From assembly GCA_019307945.1 (NCBI GenBank), contig JAFDIS010000003.1, positions 19,357 to 83,356 of the forward strand: 64,000 nucleotides of DNA, written 5' to 3'. The translations under genes and the position numbers were made by a program. The stretch is from Deltaproteobacteria bacterium. Its GTDB lineage: Bacteria > Desulfobacterota > DSM-4660 > Desulfatiglandales > Desulfatiglandaceae. Positions within the stretch are counted from its first letter, which is position 1. Every line of letters begins with the position of its first letter. Shown here one piece after another: positions 1 through 8,823 of this stretch. A model generated the notes under the pieces. It was given only the letters and a program-made list of their open reading frames with translations. It searched no databases and was not told the DNA's origin.

Positions 1-323
1 TCTCCTATGTCCAGAAAACCTCGTTGTCCCATCACATGGGCTCCCCCGGCGATCACCACGCGCATCCGTTCAGGCTCGCCCCCCGCCTCCGTGACTTGTT
101 TCATCAACGTGGATATACCGGTATCGGCGAACATGCACGGATTTTTCCCTGCGCGTTGCGGATCAAGGCCCGAGTCAGGCAGCATGAAATAGAGAAGACC
201 TCCCACACCCGCCTCCGGATCGAAGATTCCGACGCCCATCCCCGCCCCCAGGGAATAGGCGACGAGAAACGCGGATGGATCCCGCGCCACCTTGAGATCC
301 GATATGCCGACCACTATGTGCAC
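1..323 (-). CDS. CheD-like protein, N-terminal part only (gene runs off the window start). The Cys/His of canonical CheD are not conserved.
   Basis: Absent from the ORF track because it is truncated. Manual minus-strand translation from GTG at 321-323 (GGGAGGAAA 8 nt upstream) gives VHIVVGISDLKVARDPSAFLVAYSLGAGMGVGIFDPEAGVGGLLYFMLPDSGLDPQRAGKNPCMFADTGISTLMKQVTEAGGEPERMRVVIAGGAHVM. This is collinear with the CheD family layout. Confidence 0.6.
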   Translation of the reverse strand, partial: MHIVVGISDLKVARDPSAFLVAYSLGAGMGVGIFDPEAGVGGLLYFMLPDSGLDPQRAGKNPCMFADTGISTLMKQVTEAGGEPERMRVVIAGGAHVMGQRGFLDIG

Positions 324-417
324 GAAGAAAATTTCCTCCCGCCGCGGGTGAGCCTCAATGGGACCCCGGTTCGTGGGTTCGTCATCTGCACCGGCCGAGA
401 AACAACCGGGTGGATTC

Positions 418-1752
418 CTATGCCAGGTGGGCCGCCTGAAAAACGTTCCTGGGAATGCGCTCCACCAATTCGGGAAACTGGTCCGGTCGAAGTCCCACCC
501 GGCGCAAGTTCTCCTCCAATGCCTGCCCGTCCGTGCTGACCAAACCCTGGCCCACCCGGAACCTGGACATAATCAGATCCGCCAGGTAGACCAGGGTCAC
601 GAGTTCGAGGTCCACCTCCGCCGCCGCCGGCTCGTGATGATATCGTATGGTGTCGACCAGGTTGGGAGGGAGCTCCCATTCCTCACCCAGGAGCGCCCCC
701 GTCTCGGGGTGGGTTACACCCAACCTCTCCTTCTCCAGTTCACATATTCCCCGCTGGGTCTCCTTCATATTCCGATAGAAAAAGGGTGCGGAGGCGGCGA
801 CGTACTGATCCAGGGGAATCATTCCGATGTCGTGAATCAGGCCTGCCGTGTAAACCACGTCCGGCCGGGACAGCCCAGTGAAGGCGGCCAGTTCACCGGC
901 CACCAGGGCGGTTCCAAGGGCATGCTGAAAAATCCCCCCTTTGCACAGGGAATACCCCCTGGCGGACTCGGGAAACATGGTTTCAACGGTAGCGGACACC
1001 ACCAACCTCAAAAGCCGTTTCTCACCCAGGGCGATCAACGCACGATCAATGGAATCCACCCCGCTCCTGAGACCTATCATGGCCGAGTTGCACAACCGAA
1101 TCACCTTTGCGCTGATCACCTGGTCCTGTCGTACCTCCCGGGCCACATCCTCCATATCATAATCGTCTTCCTGGATCATCATGATAATCTTGAGGGCTAT
1201 CTGGGGAATCGGCTGCACGTTCCGGATTGCCTCTTCCACCTCACTGGGGGAAAGGATTTCATGATGCGCATCCACCTCGCCCTCTTCCTGGAGCATGGGG
1301 TCCAGACGGGTCTCCAGGCTGTGAAGATCAAGGGATATCTTGCAGCCGAAAAAGCCTCCCGTCTCGGACCTGAGCACCATGATTCCTTCTCTTTCCAGAA
1401 AGGACTGAACCGCTTCCGCCGTCCGGCCCCCGACATTGAGCACCATGTCCAGTTCAGAGACGGGCCCCACCAGGGCGCCGCCGCCGATGATCGCCTCCAG
1501 CCGCTCCTCGGCCGCACCCGAAGAACAGATCTTTTCCAGGAAAAGCGGCACGCCCGTGGTGGCATAGGTGGCGGGTTCAAAGACGGTATCGGCCCCTGTG
1601 GGGCTAGGCAGGAGGATGTGGTGAAGTCCCCCGACGCCGCTTTGCCGGTCCACAAGGGTGAGGCCGACACAACTTCCAAGATGAGCTACGAGTGATTGTT
1701 CAGACTTCTTACCTACAACAAATGAACCCGATGGAACGATCTGAGTTCCCAT
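418..1752 (-). CDS. CheD-domain / HDOD-domain fusion protein (signal transduction)
   Basis: 444-aa ORF. The N-terminus has CheD-like motifs (LGSCVGLTLVD, GGLHHILLP, IIGGGALV). The C-terminal half is a typical HDOD domain (ISAKVIRLCNSA, LIHDIGMIPLD, RYHHEP). ATG start at 1750-1752. Confidence 0.75.
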   Translation of the reverse strand: MGTQIVPSGSFVVGKKSEQSLVAHLGSCVGLTLVDRQSGVGGLHHILLPSPTGADTVFEPATYATTGVPLFLEKICSSGAAEERLEAIIGGGALVGPVSELDMVLNVGGRTAEAVQSFLEREGIMVLRSETGGFFGCKISLDLHSLETRLDPMLQEEGEVDAHHEILSPSEVEEAIRNVQPIPQIALKIIMMIQEDDYDMEDVAREVRQDQVISAKVIRLCNSAMIGLRSGVDSIDRALIALGEKRLLRLVVSATVETMFPESARGYSLCKGGIFQHALGTALVAGELAAFTGLSRPDVVYTAGLIHDIGMIPLDQYVAASAPFFYRNMKETQRGICELEKERLGVTHPETGALLGEEWELPPNLVDTIRYHHEPAAAEVDLELVTLVYLADLIMSRFRVGQGLVSTDGQALEENLRRVGLRPDQFPELVERIPRNVFQAAHLA

Positions 1753-2233
1753 TCATCCTGTACTCCCATATCCGCATCATTGTTCAAAAAGGCCCGTTGA
1801 CGTCTAAAAGTGCGCCGGGCGGACCGAGCCCCGGGCAGTACGACAGGGGGGACCATCAGGCTGGAGTCGCCGCATCTTCTCCAGCCAGTCCCTCCGAAGC
1901 TCCACTCCTTTGCGTATCAGGGGCCCGGCCGGAACATGCCCCCCTGGGACCCGGGAGCATAAACGTTTTACCTAATCCATCGTCACCCCCTGCACAAAGG
2001 ATTAGGAGAAAAAAGGGCCGGGGTGAGGGCTTTCGAGGCACCTAAAAGAAAGGGAAACGCCTTATCGGTTTGCGTACCATGGGGAGAAATCACTTGATCC
2101 GGGCCGAAGGGCTGGGTTAGTTTCCCTCTTGGACACGTGGTATAAGCATTGTTTTTGGGCGGGACGGTCCGATATGCTCCGGGGAGAGCCCGGGTACACT
2201 GTAGAGTCCCAAAATGGAGGCGGCAGGTATGCC

Positions 2234-3874
2234 ATGAAGATCAGCGTGTGCCAGACGAATCCCATCATCGGGGACTTCGATCACAACATAGCCTTGATGA
2301 GATCGGCCATTGAACGAGCCGAAACGGAGGGATGCACCCTGGTGATTTTCCCGGAAATGTCTCTCATGGGCTATCCCCCGAAGGACCTGCTGGAAAAGCC
2401 GCTCTTTATCAGGGAAAACCTCAAGCGCCTTGAAGAACTGGCCCGGAGCGTAACACGCATATCGGTGATCTGTGGATTTGTGGACCGAAACCCGAGCCCC
2501 ACGGGCAAACCCCTGATAAACGCCGTGGCCCTGCTCCAGGGAGGCCGCATCGCCGCCAGGGCCGGAAAGAAGCTCCTTCCAAGCTATGACGTGTTCGACG
2601 AGACCCGCTATTTCGAGCCGGCCCCCGAGAGCCTGCGCTTTGTGTTGGACGGCATGCGCTGCGGAGTAACCATCTGTGAGGACATCTGGAACCTGGGAGA
2701 CATCCCCGGGATACCCAAGTATGAAGAAAACCCGGTGACCGACCTTGCGGCCCAGGGGATGGATCTGCTCATCAATATCTCCGCCTCACCCTATACCCTC
2801 GGGAAGGAGGAGTTGCGCCTGGAGATTCTCAGGCGGCTCGCCCGATCGCACCGGATTACGGCCGTCTACTGCAACCAGGTGGGAGGAAACGACGATCTTC
2901 TCTTCGACGGCTCCGGCATGGTGGTGGACCCCCAGGGCAGGCTCGTATGCCTGGGCAGACAGTTCGAGTCCGATCAGTTTATCTGGGACTCGGGGCGTCA
3001 CTACTCCGAGATCAGGGATCCGTGGCCGCCCTACGAAGAATCGGTGCTCCACGGACTGATCATGGGGACCCGGGACTATACCCGCAAATGCGGGTTCCGG
3101 AAGGTGTTGGTCGGCCTGAGCGGGGGCATCGACTCATCGCTCGTGGCATGTATCGCCGCCGGAGCGCTGGGGCCTGAAAACGTAACCGGTGTGAGCATGC
3201 CTTCGCCCTACACCTCCGATATGAGCAAAGAAGACGCCCTGAGACTCGCCGCCAACCTGGGGATTCATTTCCTGGAGATCCCGATCCAGGAACTCTTCGA
3301 GGCGTTCCTGACGGCCCTCAAGCCCTTTTTCATGGGACTGCGGCCCGATGAAACGGAAGAAAACATCCAGGCTCGAATCCGCGGGAATCTCCTCATGGCG
3401 TTGAGTAACAAATTCAACTCCCTTCTGCTCACGACAGGCAATAAATCGGAATTCGCCATGGGATATTGTACCCTGTACGGAGACCTGAGCGGAGGTCTGG
3501 CGGTAATTTCCGATCTGCCCAAGACCTTTTGTTATCGTGTCGCCGAATTCATCAACCGGGAAAAGGAGATCATCCCTCGCAGGGTCATCACCAGGCCCCC
3601 GTCCGCGGAATTGAGACCCAACCAGACCGACCAGGACAGTCTTCCCCCTTACGAAATCCTGGACGACATCCTGGAGGCCGCCGTGGAGAAGAACATGGGG
3701 CCAGAGGAGATCGTGGCACGGGGCCACGAACCTCAAGTGGTCGAGGATGTGCTGCGAAGGCTGGTCTTGAACGAGTACAAGAGGAGGCAGGCCCCGCCGG
3801 GTCTCAAGATCACCAGCAAGGCCTTCGGGTATGGCAGGCGCTACCCCATTGCGCGAGGCATGAGGACCTTTTGA
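2234..3874 (+). CDS. nadE: Glutamine-dependent NAD+ synthetase
   Basis: N-terminal nitrilase/CN-hydrolase domain (MKISVCQTNPIIGD, FPEMSLMGYP, ICEDIW) plus a C-terminal NAD synthetase domain (LSGGIDSS, TGNKSE). I prefer the internal ATG at 2234 (GGAGG at 2215-2219) over the track start at 2129. Confidence 0.9.
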   Translation: MKISVCQTNPIIGDFDHNIALMRSAIERAETEGCTLVIFPEMSLMGYPPKDLLEKPLFIRENLKRLEELARSVTRISVICGFVDRNPSPTGKPLINAVALLQGGRIAARAGKKLLPSYDVFDETRYFEPAPESLRFVLDGMRCGVTICEDIWNLGDIPGIPKYEENPVTDLAAQGMDLLINISASPYTLGKEELRLEILRRLARSHRITAVYCNQVGGNDDLLFDGSGMVVDPQGRLVCLGRQFESDQFIWDSGRHYSEIRDPWPPYEESVLHGLIMGTRDYTRKCGFRKVLVGLSGGIDSSLVACIAAGALGPENVTGVSMPSPYTSDMSKEDALRLAANLGIHFLEIPIQELFEAFLTALKPFFMGLRPDETEENIQARIRGNLLMALSNKFNSLLLTTGNKSEFAMGYCTLYGDLSGGLAVISDLPKTFCYRVAEFINREKEIIPRRVITRPPSAELRPNQTDQDSLPPYEILDDILEAAVEKNMGPEEIVARGHEPQVVEDVLRRLVLNEYKRRQAPPGLKITSKAFGYGRRYPIARGMRTF

Positions 3875-3924
3875 TTCGAGGTGGTTCCAGGCCGGACCGG
3901 AGCGGCCCGGGCCCCCGGAGCCGC

Positions 3925-4353
3925 TCACCTGACCGGAGAAAGGGATAATCCCAGAATTTCCTCTATCTTCTCAACGAGCACTTCCACGCGGAACGGCTTC
4001 ATCAAAAATCCCGCGGAACCCCGATCCAGCAATTCGCGCACCTCTCCCACGGGTGCAAATCCGCTGGTGACAAGAATTTTGACATCCGGTTTGATCCGAA
4101 CCATGCGTTCGAAGCACTCGGCCCCCCCCATGCCCGGCATGTTGAGATCCAGGATCACCAGGTCCAGGTCGTCCTTTCGCTCACCGAAACAGGCCAGTGC
4201 GTCTTCGCCGTTTTCGGCGCACAGGGGTTCGAAGCCAAAATACTCCAGCATTTCCTTTCCGAATTCCAGAATCGCGGGCTCGTCGTCCACCAGGAGGACC
4301 GCACCCAGCCCGGCGGATCCCGAGGATCTTTCACCTTTGTTTTTATCTTTCAA
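3925..4353 (-). CDS. Single-domain response regulator (CheY-like receiver)
   Basis: 142 aa with LLVDDEP, LVILDLNMPGMGG and KILVTSGF...FLMKPF. No output domain. Confidence 0.85.
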   Translation of the reverse strand: MKDKNKGERSSGSAGLGAVLLVDDEPAILEFGKEMLEYFGFEPLCAENGEDALACFGERKDDLDLVILDLNMPGMGGAECFERMVRIKPDVKILVTSGFAPVGEVRELLDRGSAGFLMKPFRVEVLVEKIEEILGLSLSPVR

Positions 4354-4429
4354 GACGTATCCCCTCCCCTTCGGGCGCAGCCCGGGCCTCGCGCAGGACC
4401 TTGCATTCCGGCCACCGCCCCGGCAACGC

Positions 4430-5614
4430 CTATTCGTCTTTTTCGAGAAGGGATCCGGGCCCGATCACCCGATCCCCGAATTTTTCCTGCACCCTGTCCG
4501 TTGCCAGGTTGAGGCGCCTTTTCTTGAGCCGCCTTTCATCCTGAAACAGGGCGAGCTGCCGATCCATCTCCCGCTCCAGGTTGGAAACCGACACGCCCAA
4601 AAGCCTCAAGGGCCTCCTTCCCACCTCGGTGCGCGGCAGGAGAGCCAGGCAAGCCGCATAGATCTCCCTCGCGTCGTCGGTCCCCAGGGCCAGAGTGCTG
4701 GAGCGGGTCCTGAGGGTAAAATCGGCATACTTGACCTTCAATGTAACCGTTTTTCCGCTGAATCCCTTCCTGCGCAGGCGCCTGGCCACCAGGTCGGCAA
4801 GGTAAAGGATCTCCCGCCGGGCACGGTCCGGGTCAAGAATATCTTCCGGGTAAGTCCGTTCGTGCCCTATTGATTTGACCTCGTGACCGGGCACCACTTC
4901 GCGCTCATCGCGTCCCCGGGCAAGATCGTAGAGGCGGAGGCCCAACTTTCCGAACCGGCGCTCCAGCAGCCCCCGCGGCAGGCGCTTGAGGTCCCCTATG
5001 CGCCTGACCCCCAAAGTGCCCGTCAGCGTGCGCCTCGTCGCCTCTCCCACACCCCATAGTCGGTCGATGGGAAGCGGATCGAGAAATGCGGCCACCATCC
5101 CCGGCTCCACCACCGTCAGGCCGTCCGGCTTGTCCATATCAGAAGCAATCTTGGCCAAGAACTTGTTGGGCGCCACGCCGGCCGACACGGTGAGGCCCGT
5201 CTCTTCCAGCACCAGCTTCTTGAGGGCCCCGGCGATCTCCACTACCGAACCGAAAAGTCTCTCCGACCCGGTGACGTCCAGGAACGCCTCGTCTATGGAA
5301 ACAGGCTCCACCAACGGCGTAAAGCGCCCGAAGATCTCCATGATTCGACTGGAAACCTCCTGGTAGCGCCGCATGCGAACGGGCAGAAACACCCCGTCGG
5401 GACAGAGCCTCTTGGCCGTAGCTATGGGTTGTGCCGAATGGATCCCATAGGCCCTGGCCTCGTAGGAGGCCGAGGAGACCACCCCGCGCCTGGAGCTGCC
5501 CCCAACGATCACCGGCCTTCCCTTAATCTCCGGCCGGTCCAGGGTCTCCACGGCGGCATAAAAGGCATCCATGTCCATGTGGATGATGCGCCGCTCTCTG
5601 GGCTGCACTGTCAT
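4430..5614 (-). CDS. dinB: DNA polymerase IV (Y-family translesion polymerase)
   Basis: Contains IIHMDMDAFYAAVE, SIDEAFLDV and GVAPNKFLAKIASD. I prefer the ATG at 5614 (MTVQPRERRIIHMDMD) over the upstream GTG at 5638. Confidence 0.9.
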   Translation of the reverse strand: MTVQPRERRIIHMDMDAFYAAVETLDRPEIKGRPVIVGGSSRRGVVSSASYEARAYGIHSAQPIATAKRLCPDGVFLPVRMRRYQEVSSRIMEIFGRFTPLVEPVSIDEAFLDVTGSERLFGSVVEIAGALKKLVLEETGLTVSAGVAPNKFLAKIASDMDKPDGLTVVEPGMVAAFLDPLPIDRLWGVGEATRRTLTGTLGVRRIGDLKRLPRGLLERRFGKLGLRLYDLARGRDEREVVPGHEVKSIGHERTYPEDILDPDRARREILYLADLVARRLRRKGFSGKTVTLKVKYADFTLRTRSSTLALGTDDAREIYAACLALLPRTEVGRRPLRLLGVSVSNLEREMDRQLALFQDERRLKKRRLNLATDRVQEKFGDRVIGPGSLLEKDE

Positions 5615-5681
5615 ATGCCGTCGGTTCCCTACCCTCACCCCGTGGCGCGGAACTTCGCATTGACATTTGGGGCGGGCTCGG

Positions 5682-5700
5682 CTAGATGGACACTATCTAG
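5682..5700. promoter_or_regulatory. Palindrome CTAGAT-N7-ATCTAG between dinB and the divergent small gene; candidate operator (possibly SOS/LexA-type)
   Basis: Perfect 6-bp arms at 5682-5687 and 5695-5700, about 70-85 nt upstream of the dinB start. On the minus strand it overlaps a weak TAGACG-N17-GATAGT promoter-like arrangement. Confidence 0.3.
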
Positions 5701-5764
5701 TGAGTCGATTTCACCGTCTAATGGGGCCCGCCGCCGGCAGGCGCGAAAAAGACCGAGGGATGCA

Positions 5765-6070
5765 ATGACTTTTGGGAAAAAGGTGGCACTCTGGGCTATC
5801 CTGGCCGCGGTACTGTATGCCCTCATGGGTTACCATTACATCTTCGAAGGGCTGTCCGTTCCGTGGGTGCTCAAGAAATCTCACTGGACCCTGAACTATA
5901 CCTTTTTCAGCATCCACGGCAAGACCAACGAGGCCATCGTGGCGATCGATGAACTGCGCCAAGACGGTATTGCCGATCTCCTCGTGAGAATCGGCCGAAT
6001 GTCGGAGGACGAACGGGAGTTGCTCCTTTACAAATACGCCCCCGAGGAGGAGGAAGAGGATTCGAGTTAA
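5765..6070 (+). CDS. Hypothetical small membrane protein with an acidic C-terminal tail
   Basis: Internal ATG of track ORF 5429-6070; the upstream part overlaps dinB. The product is MTFGKKVALWAILAAVLYALMGYHYIF (one TM helix) ending in APEEEEEDSS. No family recognised. Confidence 0.45.
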   Translation: MTFGKKVALWAILAAVLYALMGYHYIFEGLSVPWVLKKSHWTLNYTFFSIHGKTNEAIVAIDELRQDGIADLLVRIGRMSEDERELLLYKYAPEEEEEDSS

Positions 6071-6103
6071 CCCGCGTCTCGCGGTACCTGTGAAAAATGC
6101 GGC

Positions 6104-6550
6104 TTACACATCGAAGTCCACCTTGATCTTGAACATCCTTACGGCTGGAAGATTCCGAATCTCCCGGACACCGCTTTCCGCCCTGATCTCCTCCAGGGCC
6201 TCTTCGATTTCCTCCATGGTCTCGGCGATAAATGTGAACCACACGTTGAATTCGTGGCTGCGCATGTAGTTGTGCGTCACGCCCGGATACCGATTAACCG
6301 TCTCCACGAAGCGCTCTATCTTCTCCTCCGGAACCTTGGCCGCGCAGAGAGTACTCGTAAAATCGAGACTCCCGGAATGAAAGTTCCCGCCGATCCTGCG
6401 AATGATGCCCGTCTCCTTCAATCCGTTGATGCGCCTGATCACCTCGTCTTCCGTCAAACCCAGCCGCCGCCCCACCTCCCGGAACGGATGCACGACAATC
6501 GGGAATTCCGACTGGATTTCGTTCAGGATGCGTTTGTCCAGTTCATCCAT
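6104..6550 (-). CDS. Siroheme decarboxylase subunit, AhbA/AhbB-like (Lrp/AsnC-fold, NirD/L/G/H family)
   Basis: 148 aa. The N-terminus is an HTH (MDELDKRILNEIQSEFPIVVHPFREVGRRLGLTEDEVIRRINGLKETGIIRRIG), followed by GVTHNYMR. It overlaps the preceding radical-SAM gene by 8 nt. Confidence 0.75.
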   Translation of the reverse strand: MDELDKRILNEIQSEFPIVVHPFREVGRRLGLTEDEVIRRINGLKETGIIRRIGGNFHSGSLDFTSTLCAAKVPEEKIERFVETVNRYPGVTHNYMRSHEFNVWFTFIAETMEEIEEALEEIRAESGVREIRNLPAVRMFKIKVDFDV

Positions 6551-7655
6551 GGATCCTTCTCCGGGGTATGTGGGAGCAGAGCGGCTCCTCGCTCAGGAAG
6601 TCGCCCGTAGCCTCAAAGGCCCGGGCCCGGCAACCCCCGCACACGGCCACGTATTCGCAGATACCGCACTTGCCTTTGTACGACTTGTAGTCCCGCAATT
6701 TACGAAAGATATCGGATTCCTCCCAGACCTGACCGAAGCTCTGCCGTCGCAGGTCTCCGCACTCCAGTTCCAGATACCCGCAAGGCTGAACGATACCATC
6801 GTAAGCGATGAAAGCAAAGGCGGTTCCGCCCAGGCAGCCCCTGGTCACCGCGTCCATACCGTAGGTGTCGAAATCCACGCGCTCCCCACGTAAATGGGCC
6901 TGCTGACGAAGGATCCGGTAGTAATGAGGCGCACAAGTGGCCTTCAGGTGGAGGGGAACCTCGAAACGTTTGCGGTAAAACCACTCCAGAAGTCTTTCGT
7001 ATTCGACGGAGTCGATCTCCTGGTCCGCCATCTCCTTGGCCCTGCCCGTGGGCACCAACAGGAATATGTGGTGTGCCGAGGCGCCCAGGCGTACCGCCAG
7101 GGCGAGGATCTTTTCAATGTCCCCGAGGTTGTGCCGTGTCACCGTGGTATTGATCTGGAATTCCAGGCCGTTTCGCTTGAGGCATTCGATTCCCCTCAGG
7201 GCGCCCTCGAAGGCCCCCTGGACCTGGCGGAATTGGTCGTGGCGAGTGTTGTCCGATCCGTCCAGTGAGATGCTCACCCTCTGGATGCCGGCCTCCTTCA
7301 TTTGCCGGGCCACGGCGTCGTCAAGCAGGGTCCCGTTGGTGGCCATCACCATGCGCAGGCCCCGTTCCGTGCCGTGGCGGGCCAGGGTGAAAACGTCCTT
7401 CCGCAGCAGGGGTTCCCCGCCGGTAAGGATGACTATGGGGTTTCCCGTCTCGGCGATCTCGTCCAGGATCCCAAGACATTTCTCCCCGGAAAGCTCGCCC
7501 GGATAGGGCCCCCGGCCGGCCGCCGCCCGGCAATGGACGCAGTTAAGATTGCAGGTCCTGGTGATTTCCCATGCCACCAACCGCGGTCCCCCCGGGCCGT
7601 GCCCATGGCCTGTGCCTTGAGAGTTCGGGTGACCGGGATGTCCGTGATGTTTCAT
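6543..7655 (-). CDS. ahbD: Radical SAM/SPASM haem-pathway enzyme, probably haem synthase AhbD (NirJ2-like). The AhbC versus AhbD assignment is tentative.
   Basis: Contains the CNLNCVHC radical-SAM cluster motif and a C-terminal Cys-rich SPASM region (CGICEYVAVCGGCRARA). A His/Gly-rich N-terminus (MKHHGHPGHPNSQGTGHGHGPGG) precedes RLVAWEITRTCN. The start could also be the GTG at 7739. Confidence 0.7.
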   Translation of the reverse strand: MKHHGHPGHPNSQGTGHGHGPGGPRLVAWEITRTCNLNCVHCRAAAGRGPYPGELSGEKCLGILDEIAETGNPIVILTGGEPLLRKDVFTLARHGTERGLRMVMATNGTLLDDAVARQMKEAGIQRVSISLDGSDNTRHDQFRQVQGAFEGALRGIECLKRNGLEFQINTTVTRHNLGDIEKILALAVRLGASAHHIFLLVPTGRAKEMADQEIDSVEYERLLEWFYRKRFEVPLHLKATCAPHYYRILRQQAHLRGERVDFDTYGMDAVTRGCLGGTAFAFIAYDGIVQPCGYLELECGDLRRQSFGQVWEESDIFRKLRDYKSYKGKCGICEYVAVCGGCRARAFEATGDFLSEEPLCSHIPRRRIHG

Positions 7656-7719
7656 GCCGAGCGTCTTTCCTCTCACCGGGCCGCCCCCTCCCCGGCCTCC
7701 CCCAAGGAGTTCATAGTTT

Positions 7720-7730
7720 CCCCCCCCCCC
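7720..7730. repeat. Homopolymeric C11 (G11 on the coding strand) tract
   Basis: Read directly from the sequence: tttc+cccccccccc at 7720-7730. It lies either in the 5' leader of ahbD (ATG 7655 start) or inside a Gly4 stretch (GTG 7739 start). Confidence 0.9.
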
Positions 7731-7855
7731 GGTTCCCACCGGCCGCGGTCCCGAATTGCGGGATCATCCATGCGCCCCCCCGGCCAAGCAGTCCCCGCCT
7801 GCCGGCGGGAGCACCACTCGCTGCGATCTCAGGGAGGGACCCCGTCACTTCCATT

Positions 7856-8821
7856 TCAGCGGTTCAGGAGTCGCGAGGCATCTTTGGCGAAATAGGTCAG
7901 GATGAGGTCGGCACCGGCCCGTTTGACGGCAGTCAGGGTTTCCATCATCACCAGGTCGCCGTCCACCCACCCGTTTTGTGCCGCCGCCTTCACCATGGCG
8001 TACTCACCACTGACGTTGTAGGCCGCCAGGGGTACGGTACAGTAATCACGAACCTGTCTGATCACGTCCAGGTATGCCAGGGCGGGCTTGACCATTACCA
8101 TGTCGGCCCCCTCCTCCAGGTCCAGCTCCACCTCCCTTAGTGCTTCCAGGGCGTTGGCAGGATCCATCTGGTAACCCCGCCTGTCGCCGAACTGAGGGGC
8201 TGATTCGGCCGCCTCCCGAAACGGGCCGTAGAAGGCGGAGGCATACTTGGCCGCGTAGGAGAGGATCCCGGTGTTCTCGTAGCCCGAGTCGTCCAGCGCT
8301 TCCCGGATGGCGGCCACCCGCCCGTCCATCATGTCCGAAGGGGCCACAAGGTCGGCCCCGGCCCCGGCGTGGGAGACGGCCTGGCGTGCCAGCAATTCCA
8401 GCGTTGCGTCATTGTCCACCTCGCCGTTGCGTATCACGCCGCAATGCCCGTGATCCGTGTACTCGCAGAGGCACACATCGGTGATCACCACCAGGTCCGG
8501 CAAGGCTTCCTTGAGCGCGGAGACGGCCTGCTGCACCACTCCGTCGTCGGCCCAGGACCGGCTTCCCACCGGGTCTTTCCTGTCGGGCAAGCCGAAGATG
8601 ATGACCGAAGGAACACCCAGGTCCCGGAGTTCGCGGGCCTCTTGCACCAGGGTGTCCACGGAAAACTGGTATTGCCCCGGCATAGCCCCAATGGGATCTC
8701 TGATGCCCTTTCCCGGCTTTACGAACAAAGGCGCTATAAAATCCGTGGGTTGCACATGGGTCTCCCTGACCATGGCCCTGAGTCCCGGTGATCTCCTCAA
8801 TCTACGGGGTCTGATCCTCAT
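7856..8821 (-). CDS. hemB: Porphobilinogen synthase (delta-aminolevulinate dehydratase)
   Basis: Family-typical N-terminus [23 protein letters not shown], plus [33 protein letters not shown] and YNVSGEYAM. The ATG at 8821 lies 0 nt after the ahbC stop; the track's upstream extension is rejected. Confidence 0.92.
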   Translation of the reverse strand: MRIRPRRLRRSPGLRAMVRETHVQPTDFIAPLFVKPGKGIRDPIGAMPGQYQFSVDTLVQEARELRDLGVPSVIIFGLPDRKDPVGSRSWADDGVVQQAVSALKEALPDLVVITDVCLCEYTDHGHCGVIRNGEVDNDATLELLARQAVSHAGAGADLVAPSDMMDGRVAAIREALDDSGYENTGILSYAAKYASAFYGPFREAAESAPQFGDRRGYQMDPANALEALREVELDLEEGADMVMVKPALAYLDVIRQVRDYCTVPLAAYNVSGEYAMVKAAAQNGWVDGDLVMMETLTAVKRAGADLILTYFAKDASRLLNR

Positions 8822-8823
8822 GC

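Noticed and set aside
358-1695. 445-aa ORF on the plus strand, antisense to the CheD-HDOD gene. Similar very long antisense ORFs occur at 20245-21879, 24067-25956, 41897-43138, 44170-46326, 49183-50127 and 55099-56058.
   Set aside because: Each lies exactly opposite a gene with clear family motifs. Their translations are Gly/Arg/Pro/His-rich low-complexity strings with no recognisable domains. Such shadow ORFs are expected in GC-rich DNA because stop codons are rare on the antisense frame.
2129-2233. N-terminal extensions suggested by the ORF track: nadE from 2129, hemB from 8959, pyrH from 30947, frr from 31411, uppS from 32420, rsmD from 38495, thiolase from 16666, mutase from 52952, recO from 18961, the LEA_2 gene from 19726 and rpsB from 29409.
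   Set aside because: In every case the extension overlaps the preceding gene or spacer. It also lacks similarity to the family N-terminus, and an internal start with a Shine-Dalgarno sequence reproduces the canonical N-terminus.
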